Assembly: GCF_004010195.1 (NCBI RefSeq)
Contig: NC_057719.1
Coordinates: 63,427,378-63,491,377 of the forward strand
Direction: 5' to 3'
Origin: Chiloscyllium plagiosum
Lineage: Eukaryota
Length of the DNA stretch: 64,000 nucleotides
Notes under the pieces: model-generated
What the model saw: the letters and a program-made list of their open reading frames with translations, nothing else
Told to the model about the DNA's origin: nothing
The model's database searches: none
Shown: positions 24,226 through 37,943 of the stretch, piece by piece
How the letters are laid out: every line of letters begins with the position of its first letter
Numbering within the stretch: position 1 is the stretch's first letter
Translations under genes and position numbers: made by a program

Positions 24226-24702
24226 TTAGTTGAGATAAACTGTCTGACCTTATTTTTGTGAAACAAGATTTTTGTTGAGAGCAATCAGCTCAGTTGACTA
24301 TTGAGGAAAATTTCAGGATTAAATGCATAGAACTGCCCGCATGCAAGCAATACATGACTAATGCAAGTGAACACACAGGATATAATTAAGAGACAGAACT
24401 TTGACCTCATTAATAGGAAAGTATGGTTAACTTTCAATCAGTTTATGTATTGATTCTGAGTCTAAAATAAAATTTGCAGCAAAACATGATTAAGTAAACA
24501 TGCCTGCATTTATTGGAAACCAGAATTTAGCAATTCAGTTCTGTTTATTTTTCTCCTCACTTTAATAATCCTAAGTGACTTATTGTAAGAGGAGAAACAA
24601 TGACCATGTACTGAGTTTGGGATGTGCATTCTGGGATAAACAGAGTAAATGTGAATTTAGTATTGTTCAAGAGAGAGGAGGGAAAATTCTACAGAGTTAA
24701 TA

Positions 24703-25229
24703 CAGGTAGTTCTGGGATAACACACATTTTGGCAGCAAAATTTGGCTATAATGTTGCTGAAGAAATAAAGACTGGTAGTTCGTAGAATGCTTACCTCCGG
24801 TGGCTCTAGCGTGATTTCACCGGGGATCGGTTTGCATATCTTGTTCTGCACATGCATGATCTCAGTGTGCTGTTCTGCACATGCGTGACGTGAGCTCTGG
24901 TCTTCATGCCATTTTGTGCATTTAACGATGTCAGCTGCCGACAGAGCAGCTTTCTGTGAGGGGTACTGTATAGAGAGTAGCTTTCTTACATTTTTTAAAT
25001 GTGTTAAATTTACTTTTGTTTCATTAATAAATATATTTCAACCTTCATTCAGGCTATGCTATACTTTGCATTAGAGTTTTCGGTGATTTTTGAACGATCA
25101 TGAGTAATATTTTTTGCTGGTCGGCCCCAACCCCACTTTTCCCATAGCCCCATTATTTCCTATTACTTAATTTTCTATTAAGTGAGGTTTAGCTGGGATG
25201 CAACTACTGCATTATAGGAGAACTATCTG
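24703..25229. mobile_element. Non-autonomous Tc1/mariner (pogo/Tigger-like) MITE
   Basis: TA|caggtagttctgggataa ... ttataggagaactatctg|TA: imperfect terminal inverted repeats with a TA duplication and no ORF. Confidence 0.7.
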
Positions 25230-27632
25230 TATTTGCTCAACAATTTGGCTTATTGCTCAACTAAAGTGATGATTTCTACATTCCATATCTTTTTGAAATG
25301 TTTTAATCTTGGAGATTCCATGTCTAGTTTTGGTGGTTTTTAATGTGTAGATTGTGGAAAGTTGCTGAATGCAAAAAAAAGTCAATTTATCATGCATCAT
25401 TCTTTTTACTTCCTTTTTAAAATTTCAGGTGCAAATTGCTTGTTTTGCTTTTATATTTTACATGTCATGTCAGCCATCATTTTGGGTTTAAAAAAAGCAA
25501 CATGTATTTAACAAAAAATTCCTTTTGTGACCAAGTCTTTGTACCTGTCCAAAAGTACTCCAGCACTGTGAATTTCTTCAAGGGAATGGGCCTTCTGGCA
25601 ATTTCTTGTGTAAATTCCCCATTGGACAACAGAGTGGTTATCTATACAAGATGATTGCAAAACAGGGAGAGCATTTGTTATCTACAAATTACATTTTTCC
25701 CTTTCTCATCATTTGGGTGAGAGTTAGATTCTTAATTCTTGAAAGTAAAAGTTTATGAATTTATTTAAACATTAATGAGAAGCAGTGTCTCTATTTTAAA
25801 GATGCTTTCACCAGGAAATTAAGTTTTCTTTTCTTTAAATAGGAAATTTCCAGTGAATTTTGCAAAGAAGTAATAGATTGGTCGTATGGAAATGGAGTTG
25901 ACTGATGATATTCTCCATTTTAATGTTTTAGCAATATAATGGAATTCTATGAAATGGATAACAATCCTAAATGTTTAAGTTGTTCCTTAAAGATTTTAGT
26001 AATTAATATGTTTTCACATTGTTTTCTGTCACTGAAGCTATTTTCCTCTTCGACATCTCACAGATTACACAACTGGAGAAATAGATGAACTATGAATAAA
26101 AAATACCACTTCTACATTTGTGTCTTATCATATGATTACATTTCATTCAATTACATTTTAGATATTAGCCTTGGGCTGTAATGAAAAGAAGTTATTGTGT
26201 ATGTTTTATTAATTTCTCTCAAATGTAATTCAGTTGTCAACTGGCAAGATAAAAATAGAAGCTGCTACTTCGTATTTTAGGGAATTCTGAAAATGTTTAT
26301 TTTAATCTTCTGAGTATTTATTCCCTATAAAATACTGGCTGTCAAATCAACTATTGAAACCAAGACTTGAATTGACAAAGTATTGAAGACTGGTGGCATT
26401 CTACATATTGCTTGTATAATAAAATAACAGAATATAAGATTTCTTGTTCTAAAACTAAATGGTATAGGTCGAGGAAAATTAGATTATGTATTTTGGAGTA
26501 GAAGTATCCATGTCCAGTTCATGGGCCAAATTGATTTTATAGTTTTTAAAAGAAATATGTAATTCAGGCTGTCATATTAGATAAAGTGTAATGTGTGTTT
26601 TCCTCATATGTATTTCAGCAGACTCCGACTTATGATCATGTCAGCTATTTTTTGAGTGGGTGGGAAGCAATAGCTTTACTACCAAAGCTGGAAACATTTT
26701 ATTTCCAGTTTTTAAGACTATTACTTTGTAAGAATTTCTTAAAATGGAAGCAATTCCAACATTCTGAATAAAAATGATGAATAGAGGAAGCAACACTGAA
26801 AATACATGAAGACGACAGATAAAGTCACACCCTGAAAATGGTCAGAGAAAAACTAATGGTAGACAAGGCTGGGAACAAGGGGGGGGGGAGGGAGTGAGTC
26901 TGATAGGAGAGGCTAGGATGATGGTGTGGGGATAGGGTGAGCCAGTCTGCTAGGAGAGGTTGGCCAGGACAATTGAGGAGGTCTGCCAATTGAAGTTTTG
27001 CTGCAGCAGGTCAGCCAGGGTGTGGAGGGTAAACAGACAGAAGTCATTGTCCATGATGGCACAAATGACATAGGTAGGAAGAGTGACAAGATCCTGCAAT
27101 GACAGTTTAGAGAGTTAGGTAGTAAACTGAAAAGCAGGACCTCTAGTATAGTAATCTCAGGATTACTCCTCGTGCCAAGTGCTACTGAGGGTAGGAACAG
27201 AGACAGAGAACAATTGAACACATGGTTAAAGAGCTGTTGTAGAAGGGAGGGTTCATGTGGATCATTGGGATGCCTTCCAGGAAAGGTAGGACCTGTACAA
27301 GAAGCATGAATCACACCTAAACTGGAGAGGCACCAATATCCTAGTAAGGAGGTTTAATAGTGCCACTCAGGAGGGTTTAAACACTGTGTCAGGAGGGTGG
27401 GAACAGGAGGAACTCTTAGTAAGTCAGTTGGGGAAGAGGTTGATTCTAAGGCAAATATAACTGAGAGGAAGAGCAGTCAGGGAGAGGTTGCTGAGCTAGC
27501 GGAACCGAGGCTTGGACTGCATTTGCTTCAAACAGGTAAGATAGATGAACTTAAAGCCTGAATTAATGCATGCAGTTATGATGCTGCTATCACGCAGACA
27601 TGGTTGAAAGAGGGACAGGACTGACAGCTTAA

Positions 27633-29030
27633 TAGAGTCATAGAAATGTACAGTACGGAAAAAGACCCTTCGGTCCAACTTGTCCATGCCAACCAGATAG
27701 CCCAACCCAGTCTAATCCCACCTGCCAACACCCAGCCCATTCTCCTCCAAACCCTTCCTATCCATATACCCATACAGATGCCTTTTAAATGTTGCAATTG
27801 TACCAGCCTTCACCACTTCCTCTGGCAGCTCATTCCATACACGTACCACCCTCTGCGTGAAAGAGTTGCCCCTTAGTTCTCTTTCATATCTTTCCCCTCT
27901 CACCCTAAACCTATGCCCTCTTGTTCTGGACTCCCTGACCCCAGTGAAAGACTTTGTCTATTTATCCTATCCAGGCCCCTCATGATTTTATAAACCTCTA
28001 TAAGGTCACCCTTCAGCCTCCGAAGCTCCAGGGAAAACAGCCCTAGCCTATTCAATCTCTCCCTATAGTTCAAATCCTCCAACTCTGGCAACATCCTTGT
28101 AAATCTTTTCTGAACCCTTTCAAGATTCACAACATCTTTCCGATAGGAAGGAGAACAAAATTGCACACAATATTCTAACAGTGGCCGAACCAATGTCCTT
28201 TACAGCTGCAATATATCCTCCCAACTTCTGTACTCAATACTCTGACCAATAAAGGAAAGCATACTAAACGCCGCCTTCACTATCTATCTACCTGCGACTC
28301 CACTTTCAAGGAGCTGTGTACCTGAACTCCAAGGTTTCTTTGTTCAGCAACACTCCCTAGGAACTTACCATTAAGTGTGTAAGTCCTGCTAAGATTTGCT
28401 TTCCCAAATTGCAGCACCTCATATCTATCTAATTTAAACTCCATCTGCCACTTCTCAGCCCATTGGCCCATCTGATCAAGATCCCTTTGTAATCTGAGGT
28501 AACCTTCTTCGCTGTCCACTACACCTCAAATTTTTGTGTCATCTACAAACTTACTAACTATACCTCATTCTCACGTCCAAATCATTTATATAAATGATGA
28601 AAAGTACTGATCCTTGTGGCACTCCACTGGTCACAGGCCTCACAGTCTGAAAAACAACCCTGTATCTTCTACCTTTGAGCCAGTTCTGTATCAAAATGGC
28701 GAGTTCTTCCTGTATTCCATGAGACCTAACCTTGCTAACCAGTCTTCTATGCGGAACCTTATCAAGCACCTTACTGAAGTCCATATAGATTACATCTACT
28801 GCTCTGCCTTCATCAATCCTCTGTGTTACTTCTTCAAAAAACTCAATCAAGTTTATGAGCTAGGGTTTGCCACGCACAAAGCCATGTTGACTATCTCCAA
28901 TCAGTCCTTGTCTTTCCAAATACATGTACATCCTGTCCCTCAGGATTCCCTCCAACAACTTGCCCACCATCAACGTCAGGCTCACTGGTCTATAGTTCCT
29001 GGCTTATCTTTACCACCGTTCTTTATCAGT
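27633..29030 (-). mobile_element. Young 5'-truncated CR1 nested antisense in the + strand CR1
   Basis: RT ORFs 27712..28850; (tagagtca) tail. Confidence 0.95.
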
Positions 29031-29248
29031 GGCTTATTCTGTTATATCAATGTTTTTGATGAGAGAGGGAAGGCAGCAATAGAGGTGGGAGCATATCACA
29101 GCTGTGTTGAGGGAGGACACCTTTGAGGGAGCTTGGAGCAAGGCATTACGGGTAGAGCTCAGAATAGGGCAGGTGCAGTCACAATGTTGTGATTGTACTA
29201 TAGACCTCCAAGCTGTCAGTGGGAGGTAGATTCTGGAAAGACGTGAAA

Positions 29249-30435
29249 ATAAGACCATAAGACATAGGAGCGGAAGTAAGGCCATTCGGCCCATCGAGTC
29301 AACTCCGCCATTCAATCATGGCTGATGGGCATTTCAACTCCACTTACCCACATTCTCCCCGTAGCCCTTAATTCCTTGTGACATCAAGAATTTATCAATT
29401 TCTGCCTTGAAGACATTTAGCGTCCCAGCCTCCACTGCACTCTGTGGCAATGAATTCCACAGGCCCACCACTCTCTGGCTGAAGAAATGTCTCCGCATTT
29501 CTGTTCTGAATTTACCCCCTCTAATTCTAAGGCTATGTCCACGGGTCCTAGTCTCCTCGCCTAACAGAAACAATTTCCTAGCGTCCACCCTCGCCAAGCC
29601 ATGTACTATCTTGTAAGTTTCTATTAGATCTCCCCTTAATCTCCTAAACTCCAATGAATACAATCCCAGGATCCTCAACCGTTCCTCATATGTTAGACCT
29701 ACNNNNNNNNNNNNNNNNNNNNNNNNNNNNNNNNNNNNNNNNNNNNNNNNNNNNNNNNNNNNNNNNNNNNNNNNNNNNNNNNNNNNNNNNNNNNNNNNNN
29801 NNNNNNNNNNNNNNNNNNNNNNNNNNNNNNNNNNNNNNNNNNNNNNNNNNNNNNNNNNNNNNNNNNNNNNNNNNNNNNNNNNNNNNNNNNNNNNNNNNNN
29901 NNNNNNNNNNNNNNNNNNNNNNNNNNNNNNNNNNNNNNNNNNNNNNNNNNNNNNNNNNNNNNNNNNNNNNNNNNNNNNNNNNNNNNNNNNNNNNNNNNNN
30001 NNNNNNNNNNNNNNNNNNNNNNNNNNNNNNNNNNNNNNNNNNNNNNNNNNNNNNNNNAAAAAGAACCTTTTATCCCAGCTCTCTGCCTTCTGTCAGACAG
30101 CCAATCCACAATCCATACCAGTCACTCACCTTGAACACCATTGGCCCTCACCTTGCTCAGCAGCCTCCCGTATGGCACCTTATCAAAGGCCTTTTGTAAG
30201 TCTAGATCGACCACATCCACTGGGTTTCCCTGGTCTAACCTACTTGTCACCTCTTCAAAGAATTCCAACAGGTTTGTCAGGCACGACCTCCCCGTACTAA
30301 ATCCATGTTGACTTGTTCTAATCCGACTCTGCTCTTCCAAGAATTTAGAAACCTCATCCTTAATGATGGATTCTAGAATTTTACCAACAACCGAGGTTAG
30401 GCTAATTGGCCTATAATTTTCCATCTTTTGTCTTG
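29249..30435 (-). mobile_element. Young 5'-truncated CR1 (gap 29703-30057) nested in the + strand CR1
   Basis: ORFs 29334..29678 and 'ENYRPISLTSVVGKILES..SQHGFSTGRSCLTNLLEFFEEV'; (ataagacc) tail. Confidence 0.95.
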
Positions 30436-33392
30436 ATAACAGGGATGTTGTGGTGGGAGATTTTAACTTCTCCTCTATTGATTGGACTTCCTTAGAGCTG
30501 GGGGTTTGGATGGGGAGGAGCATGTTTGGCGTGTCCAGGAACGCTTCTTTTTGAAGCAATGTACGGATAGTCCAACGGGGGAGGGGTCTATACTGGACCT
30601 GGTAGTGAGAAATGAGTTTTGCCAAGTGATCAAAGTTTCAGTGGGGGAACCTTTTGGAAATAGTGACCATAATTCTGAAGGCTTTCATTTACATATGAAT
30701 AAGGACAAGAGTGGACCTGAGCTGAAGGTTTTAAATCAGGGAAAGGCCAAATATAATCAAATTAGGCAAGAATTGGAGAACGTGGATTGGGGGAGCAGCT
30801 GTTTGAGCATAAACTCACACGTTTGACTTGTGGGATTCTTCTAAGGGCCAGATGATTAGAGTGCATGACATGCATTTTCCTTTGAAAATGAAGGACAGGA
30901 GTGGCAGGATTGTGGAATCTTGGATGACAGGGAAAATTAGTCAAAAAAGAAGCATATCTAAGGTCTAGGCAACTAAAAACAGACAAAGTCCTTGAAGAAT
31001 ATAGAAGCAGTAGGAAGGAGCTCAAACAGGGGTAAAAGGGACTATGAAATATCCTTAGCCAGCAGGGTTAAGGAGAATCCAAGGCATTTTATACGTATAT
31101 TAGGAGCAAGAGAGTAGCTAGGGAAAGAGTAAGCCCGCTCAAAGATAAAGGAAGGAGATTATGTGTGGAACCAGAGGAAATGGCTGAGATTCTTAATGAG
31201 TTCTTTACTTTGGTATACACCAAAGAGAGGGATATTGAGGTTAGGGCAAGATGTGTGCATACTGTCGGGCAGGTAAACACAATGAAGGAGCAAGTGTTGG
31301 GTGTTTTGAAATTCATTAAGATAGACAATCCCCCAAGTTCAGACGAGATCTATCCACGGGTACTGTGAGAGACAATAGGGTGGATATAACTGGGGCCTTA
31401 CTAGATATCTTTGCATGCTCTTTGGCCTTAAGTGAGTTCTGGAGGACTGGAAAATGGCCAATGTTGTTCCTTTGTTTAAGAAGGGAAATAGAGATGGTCC
31501 AGGTAATTACAGGTTGGCGAGCCTGGTGTCGGTGGGAAAGCTGTTGGAGAAGATACTGAGAAACAGGATTTATTCACATTTGGAAATGAATTAAGTTGTT
31601 AGTGATTGGTGGCATAGGTTTGTATACAGAAGATCATGTGTCACCAACTTAATTGAGTTTTTTTGAGGTGGTGATTAAAAATTGATGAAGGAAGGGCAGT
31701 GGATGTTGTCTACATGGACTTTAGTAAGGCTTCTAATAAGGCATCTCATGGTAAGCTGGTACAGAAGGTAAGAATCTCATGGGATCTGGGGTGAGCTGGC
31801 TAGATGGGTACAAAACTGGCTTGGTCGTTAGAAGACAGCGAGTAGTGGATGCTTTTTGGAATGGAGATCAGTACGAGTGGTGTTCTGCAGGGATCAGTAC
31901 TGGGACCTTTGTTGTTTGTAATATATATAAATGATCTGGATGAAAATGTAGGTTGTTTAATTAGTAAGTTTGCAGATGATACCAAAATTGGCACAATTGC
32001 AAGTATTGAGGAGGATTGGCAAACGATACAGCAGGATATAGTTAGAATACAGATGTGGGCAGAGAAATGCCAAATGGAGTTTAATCCAGACAAATGCAAG
32101 GTGATGCATTTTGGAAGATCAAATTCAGTTCTAAATTATACAAGAAATGGCAGAACCCATCAGAGCAATGACACTCAGAGGGATATGGACATACAGGTCA
32201 GGTCCACAGATCCATGAAAGTGGCACACAGATGGATAAGGTGGTCAAGAAGACACAGCACGCTTGCCTTCATCGGCCAGGGCATCGAATATAGAAGTTGG
32301 CAAGTTTATAAAACTTTAGTTAGGCCACAGTTGGAATGTTGCATGCTATTCTTGTTGTCACACTACTAGAACGATGTGGATGCTTTTGAGAAGGTGCAGA
32401 GAAGGTTTTCCAGGGTGTTGCCTGGTCTGGACAGTTTTAGTTATGAGAAGAGATTGGATAAACTCGGATTGTTTTCACTGGAAAGATGGAGGCTGAATGG
32501 TGACCTGATAGAGATCTACAAAATTATCAGAGGCTTTTTCCCAGGGTGGAAAGATTAACTACAAGAGGGCACAGGTTTAAGGTGAGAGGAGGAACCTTTA
32601 GGGAAGATGTGCGGGGAAAATTTTTCACACAGCCAGTGGTGGGTGCTTAGAATGCATTGTCAGTGGAGGTGTTAGAAGCAGGTACGTTAGCAATGCTTAA
32701 GGCAAACTTAAGAATGAAAACCAAGCATGGGCAATAAGTCGTGGGTTTAATTAAGGATTAAGAATCGGCAGGGTGAGCTGCAGGGCCTGTTCCTGTGTTG
32801 TATCATATTGTATTTTGTATCGAGTTGATGCTTAAGGAGAGAGGGAGGGAGTCATTCAAGGGGAACCTGTCAATAAATGCATACCTCACTTACTGGGAGC
32901 CAGGAAAATGTGAAGTCACAGGTAGAGTATTCCTTGCATATCAATCTGCTTTTTTTTAGGAAGTGTGTTAGTTATTGAAAAATAAACTTTATCTTTCATG
33001 GATAGTTGATAATTATTGAGGATACTGATGAATTCTTCTAATTCTACTTCTCAAATTCTCACTTAAGGCCAAAGAGCATGCAAAGATATCTAGTAAGGCC
33101 CCAGTTATATCCAGAAGGTAATGTTAGTTGTGACTGCATCTGACCTATTGATGGAGTTAATCAGAATTTAAAAAGTAGTTCCAACAGGCAAAGCAGCCCT
33201 CACTAAGAGCTGTCAAAAATACTTTCACCCTTAGTGAGAAAATTAATGAAAACTCAGTTTACCTGCAGTAAATTGCTCATTGATGATACATTATGGTCTT
33301 CTCCTTGACATTTTCTTTGTTCATTACTTTTTCAATCTTTAATGGAATGGGATTGCGACAACAAAACTGTGCTTCATAAAATTCAGATGAAT

Positions 33393-36300
33393 GTATAGAC
33401 AATAGGTGCAGGAGTAGGCCATTCAGCCCTTCAAGCCAACACCACCATTCATTATGATCATGGCTGATCATCCACAAAAACCCTTCATTCCACTATCCAT
33501 CTCTTTCTTGAAAGTATCCAGAGACTTGGCCTCCACTGACTTCTGGGGTAGAGCATTCCATATATCCACCACTCTCAGGATGAAGAAATTTCTCCTCAAC
33601 TCTGTTCTAAATGGCCTACTCCTTATTTTTAAACTCTGTCCTGTGGTTCTGGACTCACCCATCAGCAGAAACATGCTTCCTGCCTCCAGAGTGTCCAATC
33701 CTAATTTTATACGTCTCAATCAGATCCCCTCTCATCCTTCTAAACTCAAGTGTATACAAGCCCAGTAGCTCCAATCTTTCAACATAGTCACGCCATTCTG
33801 GGAATTGACCTCATGAACCTATGCTGCACTCCCTCAATAGCCAGAAGGTCCTTCCTCAAAGGACCAAAACTGCACACAATACTCCAGGTGTGGTCTCACC
33901 AGGGCCCTGTACAACTGCACAAGGACCTCTTTGCTCCTATACTCAATTCCTCTTGTTATGAAGGCCTGCATGCCATTAGTTTTCTTCACCGACTGCTGTA
34001 CATGACTGCTTGCTTTCATTACTGATGTACAAGAACACCTAGATCTCGTTGTACTTCCCCTTTATCTAACCTGACTCCATTTAGACAGTAATCTGCCTTC
34101 CTGTTCTTGCCACCAAAGTGGATAACCACACATTCATCCACATTAAACTGCATCTGCCATACATCCATCCACTCACCTAGCCTGTCCAAGTCACCCTGTA
34201 TTCTCATAACATCCTCCTCACATTTCACCTTCCCACCCAGCTTTGTGTCATCAGCAAATTTGCTAATATTATTTTTAATGCCTTCATCTATATCATTGAG
34301 GTATATAATAAACAGCTGCGGTCCCAGCACTGAGCCTTGTGGTACCCCACTAGTCATTGTCTGCCATTCCATAAGGAACCCGTTTGTCACTACTCTTTGC
34401 TTCCTGTCAGCCAGCCAATTTTCAATCCAAGTCAGTATTTTGCCCCCAATACCATGTGCCCTAATCTTGCTCACTAATCTCCTTATGTGAGACTTTATCA
34501 AAGGCTTTCTGAAAACCCAGGTACACTACAACCACTGGCTATCCCTTGTCCATCTTCATAGTTACATCCTCAAAAAAGTCCAAAAAATTAATCGAGCAAT
34601 CTCCCAAATGTAATAGCGATTAGATTAGTTTACTTACCGTGTGGAAACAGGCCCTTCGGCCCAAAGGTCCACACCGACCCGTTGAAGTGCAACCCATCCA
34701 GACCCATTCCCCTACATTTACCCCTTCACCTAACACTATGGGCAATTTAGCGTGGCCAATACACCTAACCTGCACATTTTTGGAATGTGGGAGGAAACCG
34801 GAGCGCCCGGAGGAAACCCACGCAGTCATGGGGAGAATGTGCAAACTCCGCACAGAGAGTCGCCTGAGGCGGGAATCGAACCCGGGTCTCTGGCGCTGTG
34901 AGGCAGCAGTGCTAACCACTGTTCCACCATGCTGCCCTTCAGTGGCTGAAGGATTTCCCATTTGTAAATCCATGCTGACTCTGACCTATCCTGTTACTGC
35001 TATCCAAATGAGTCGTAATTTCATCTTTTATAATTGACTCCAGCATTTTTCTCACCACTGACATCAGGCTAACTGGTCTATACTTCCCTGTTTTCTCTCT
35101 CTCACCCTTCTTGAAAAGTGGGACAAAATTAGCCACTCTCCAATCGGGAGGAACTGATCCTGAATCTATAGAACATTGGAAAATGATTACCAATGCTTCC
35201 ATGATTTCTAGAGTCCCTTCTTAAGTACCCTGGGATGCAGACCATGGTCCCGGGGAATTTTCAGCCTTCAGAACTAACAGTTTATCCAACACCATTTCCT
35301 GCCTAATATAAATTCCCTTCAGTTCATCTATTACCCTAGGTCCTTCAGCCACTATTACATCTGGGAGATTGCTTGTGTCTTCCCCAGTGAAGACAGATCG
35401 AAAGTACCTATTCAACTCTTGTGCCATTTCCTTGTTCCCCATAATAAATTCACCCGTTTCTGTCTTCAAGGACCCAATTTTAGTCTTAACCATTTTTTTT
35501 TTCTTTTCACATACCTAAAAAATATTTTTCTATCCTCCTTTATATTTTTGGCCAGTTTGCCTTCATACCTCATTTTTCTCTACATATTGCCTTTTTAGTT
35601 ATTCTCTGTTGCTCTTTAAAAGTTTCCCAGTCCTCTGACTTCCCGCTCATCTTTGCTAAGTTATACTTCTCTTTTATCTTTATACAGTCCTTAACTTCCC
35701 TCGTCAGCCACAGCTGCCTCTGCCTTCCCTTAGGATCTTTCTTCCTCTTTAGAATGAACTGATCCTGCACTTTCTGCATTATATCCAGAAATACCTGCCA
35801 TTGTTTTTCCACTGCCATCCCTGCTAGGGTATTGAACCATTGAACTTTGGCCAGCTCCTCCCTCATAGCTCCACAGTTCCCTTTGTTCAACTGCAATACT
35901 GACACTTCCGATTCTCCCTTCTCCCTCTGAAATTGCAGATTAAAACTTATGGTCACTACCTCCTAATGGCTCCTTTACTTCGAGGTCCCTGATCAAATCT
36001 GGTTCGTTGCTCAACACCAGATCCAGAATTGCCTTCTCCCTGGTAGGCTCCAGTACAAACTGTTCTAAGAATCCATCTCGGAGGCACTCCACAAACTCCC
36101 TTTCTTAGGGTCCAGTACCACCCTGATTCTCCCAGTCTACCTGCATGTTGAAGTCCCCCTTTGCAACAGGCCAATTTCAACTCCTTATTCAACTTACACC
36201 CTACATCCAGACTACTGTTTGGGGACCTGTAGATAACTCCATTAGGATCTTTCTACCCTTAGAATTTCTCAGCTCTATCCATACTGATTCTACATCTCCT

Positions 36301-37545
36301 GATTCTATGTCCTCCCTCGCAAGGGACTGAATATCATTCCTCACCAACAGGGCTACCCCACCCCCTCTGCCTGTTAGTCTGTCCTTATGATAGCATGGAT
36401 AACCTCCAATATTCATTTCCCAGGCCCTGTCCACTTGAAGCCACGTCTCAGTTATCCCCAGAACATCCGACATGCCAATTTCCAACTGATCCTCAAGCTC
36501 ATTCACCTTATTTCTTATGCTTTGTGCATTCATATATAATATTTTTAATTTTTTACTCCCCTCACCCTTTCTATGAATCCCTATTTCACTTGACCATACT
36601 GTATGATCCTTTCTTGAATTTTCTGCTCTGTTGATTCTGTCGTCTTTCTTAACTTCTCTTATTCTTACTTTCCCTTTAACTTATTTCTTGAATTTCCAGG
36701 TTGTCCCTACCCCCACTACTTAGTTTGAACACACCTGTGTTGCAATGGCAAACCTACCTGCCAGAATGCTAGTCCCCCACCTATTAAGGTGCAACCCGTC
36801 TCTCTTGTATAATTTATCCTAACCGCAAAACATACCTCAGTGATCCAAGAATTTAAATCCTTGCTTCCTGCACCAGTTCCTCAGCTACACATTCAAGTCC
36901 ATTATCTCCCTGTTCCTGCCCTCTCTAGTCTGAGGAACTGGAAGCAAACTGGAGGAACCACCCTCGAAGACCTGCTTTTCAGTCTTCCTCCGAGTTTTCT
37001 GAAGTCCCGCTGTAGAATGTTCCTCCTCTTCTTCCCGACATCATTTGAGCCGACGCGCACCACCACCTCTGGCTCTTCACCTTCGCCCTTGAGGATTCCC
37101 TGCACTCTGTCGGTGACGTCCTGCATCCTGGCACCTGGAAAGCAACACACCATCCTTAAATCTCACCTGTTGCTGTAGAAACCCCTTTCAGTCCCTCTCA
37201 CTATGGAGTCCCCTTTTACCACAGCTTTGCATAATGTCTGACTCCTCGACTCTGCCTCCATGCCAATTTTTGATTGGTAGACTTGTCCACCTTTCAGACT
37301 GGCAGAGTCGTCAGTCTCAACAGTTTCCAAGAGGTTAAACCTGTTCACGAGAGATACTTCCCCCGGGGTCTCTTGTACTTGAATCATATCTTCCTTCCTC
37401 ATTGTCATCTCCCTTCTCTTTTCTGTTATGCTCGGTGTAATGACCCTGCTGAAGGTTCTGTCCAGAATATTCTCGTTCTCTCGATTGAGCTTGAGGTCAT
37501 CTAGTTCTTTCTTCAGTGCTGCACCATGCTCCTTCAGAAGCTTTT
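33393..37545 (-). mobile_element. Near full-length CR1 LINE (ORF1 SGNH esterase plus ORF2 APE-RT), frameshifted
   Basis: 'AVVKGDSIVRG', 'CFPGA', 'VGSNDV' (SGNH blocks); 'MNAQSIRNK..GITETW' (APE); '[21 protein letters not shown]' (RT). Confidence 0.95.
34618..34937 (-). mobile_element. HE1-type SINE nested in the CR1 RT
   Basis: Reverse complement of the 3811-4103 copy; (gatta)n tail. Confidence 0.93.
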
Positions 37546-37827
37546 TTATTATTTGTTAATTTGCTTTTTGTTATTTAACAACTAATTCCAACATTGTCAG
37601 GTAATGTTGAGATAATGGCTTGGTTATCATGTCAGTAAAACTGTTAATTTTTGTTGCTTTAATGGCTTGAAGCTAACAGCAAATTCTGGAATCCACAAAT
37701 TGATGGTGAAATTTAGTAATCCTGAAGTTGCTACTAATGAGATTATCTTCTCTTCTGCTTTGTGCAGTGTTGCAGTCCTCAAAGAGTTAGCTTTAAAAAT
37801 CACTGAATTGACAAGTAACTTTCCTTT

Positions 37828-37943
37828 TATTTTCTAATCAACACTGTTCAGAGATGCTATCCCAAAACTCTGGGGCAAGTGGGACTTGAACATAGGCCTC
37901 CTGGTCCAGAGGTAGGGATGCTATTATCGTGCTGCAAGAGTCC
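37828..37943 (-). mobile_element. Short tRNA-derived SINE (same family as 11609)
   Basis: tattttctaatcaac.ctgttcagagatg..gtgggacttgaac..aggcctcctggtccagaggtaggg..caagag. Confidence 0.7.

Larger units (their letters stand above)
26985..32820 (+). mobile_element. Near full-length degenerate CR1 (ORF1 esterase, APE, RT), split by two nested CR1s
   Basis: ORF1 block 'VIVHDGTNDIGR' at ~27040; APE pieces at 27510-27632, 29030-29248 and 30436 onward (GDFN, SDHN); RT '[30 protein letters not shown]'. Confidence 0.9.

Noticed and set aside
26064..26100. Possible terminal exon 'YTTGEIDEL*' followed by aataaa
   Set aside because: Too short, no upstream exons identified, and easily produced by chance in AT-rich DNA
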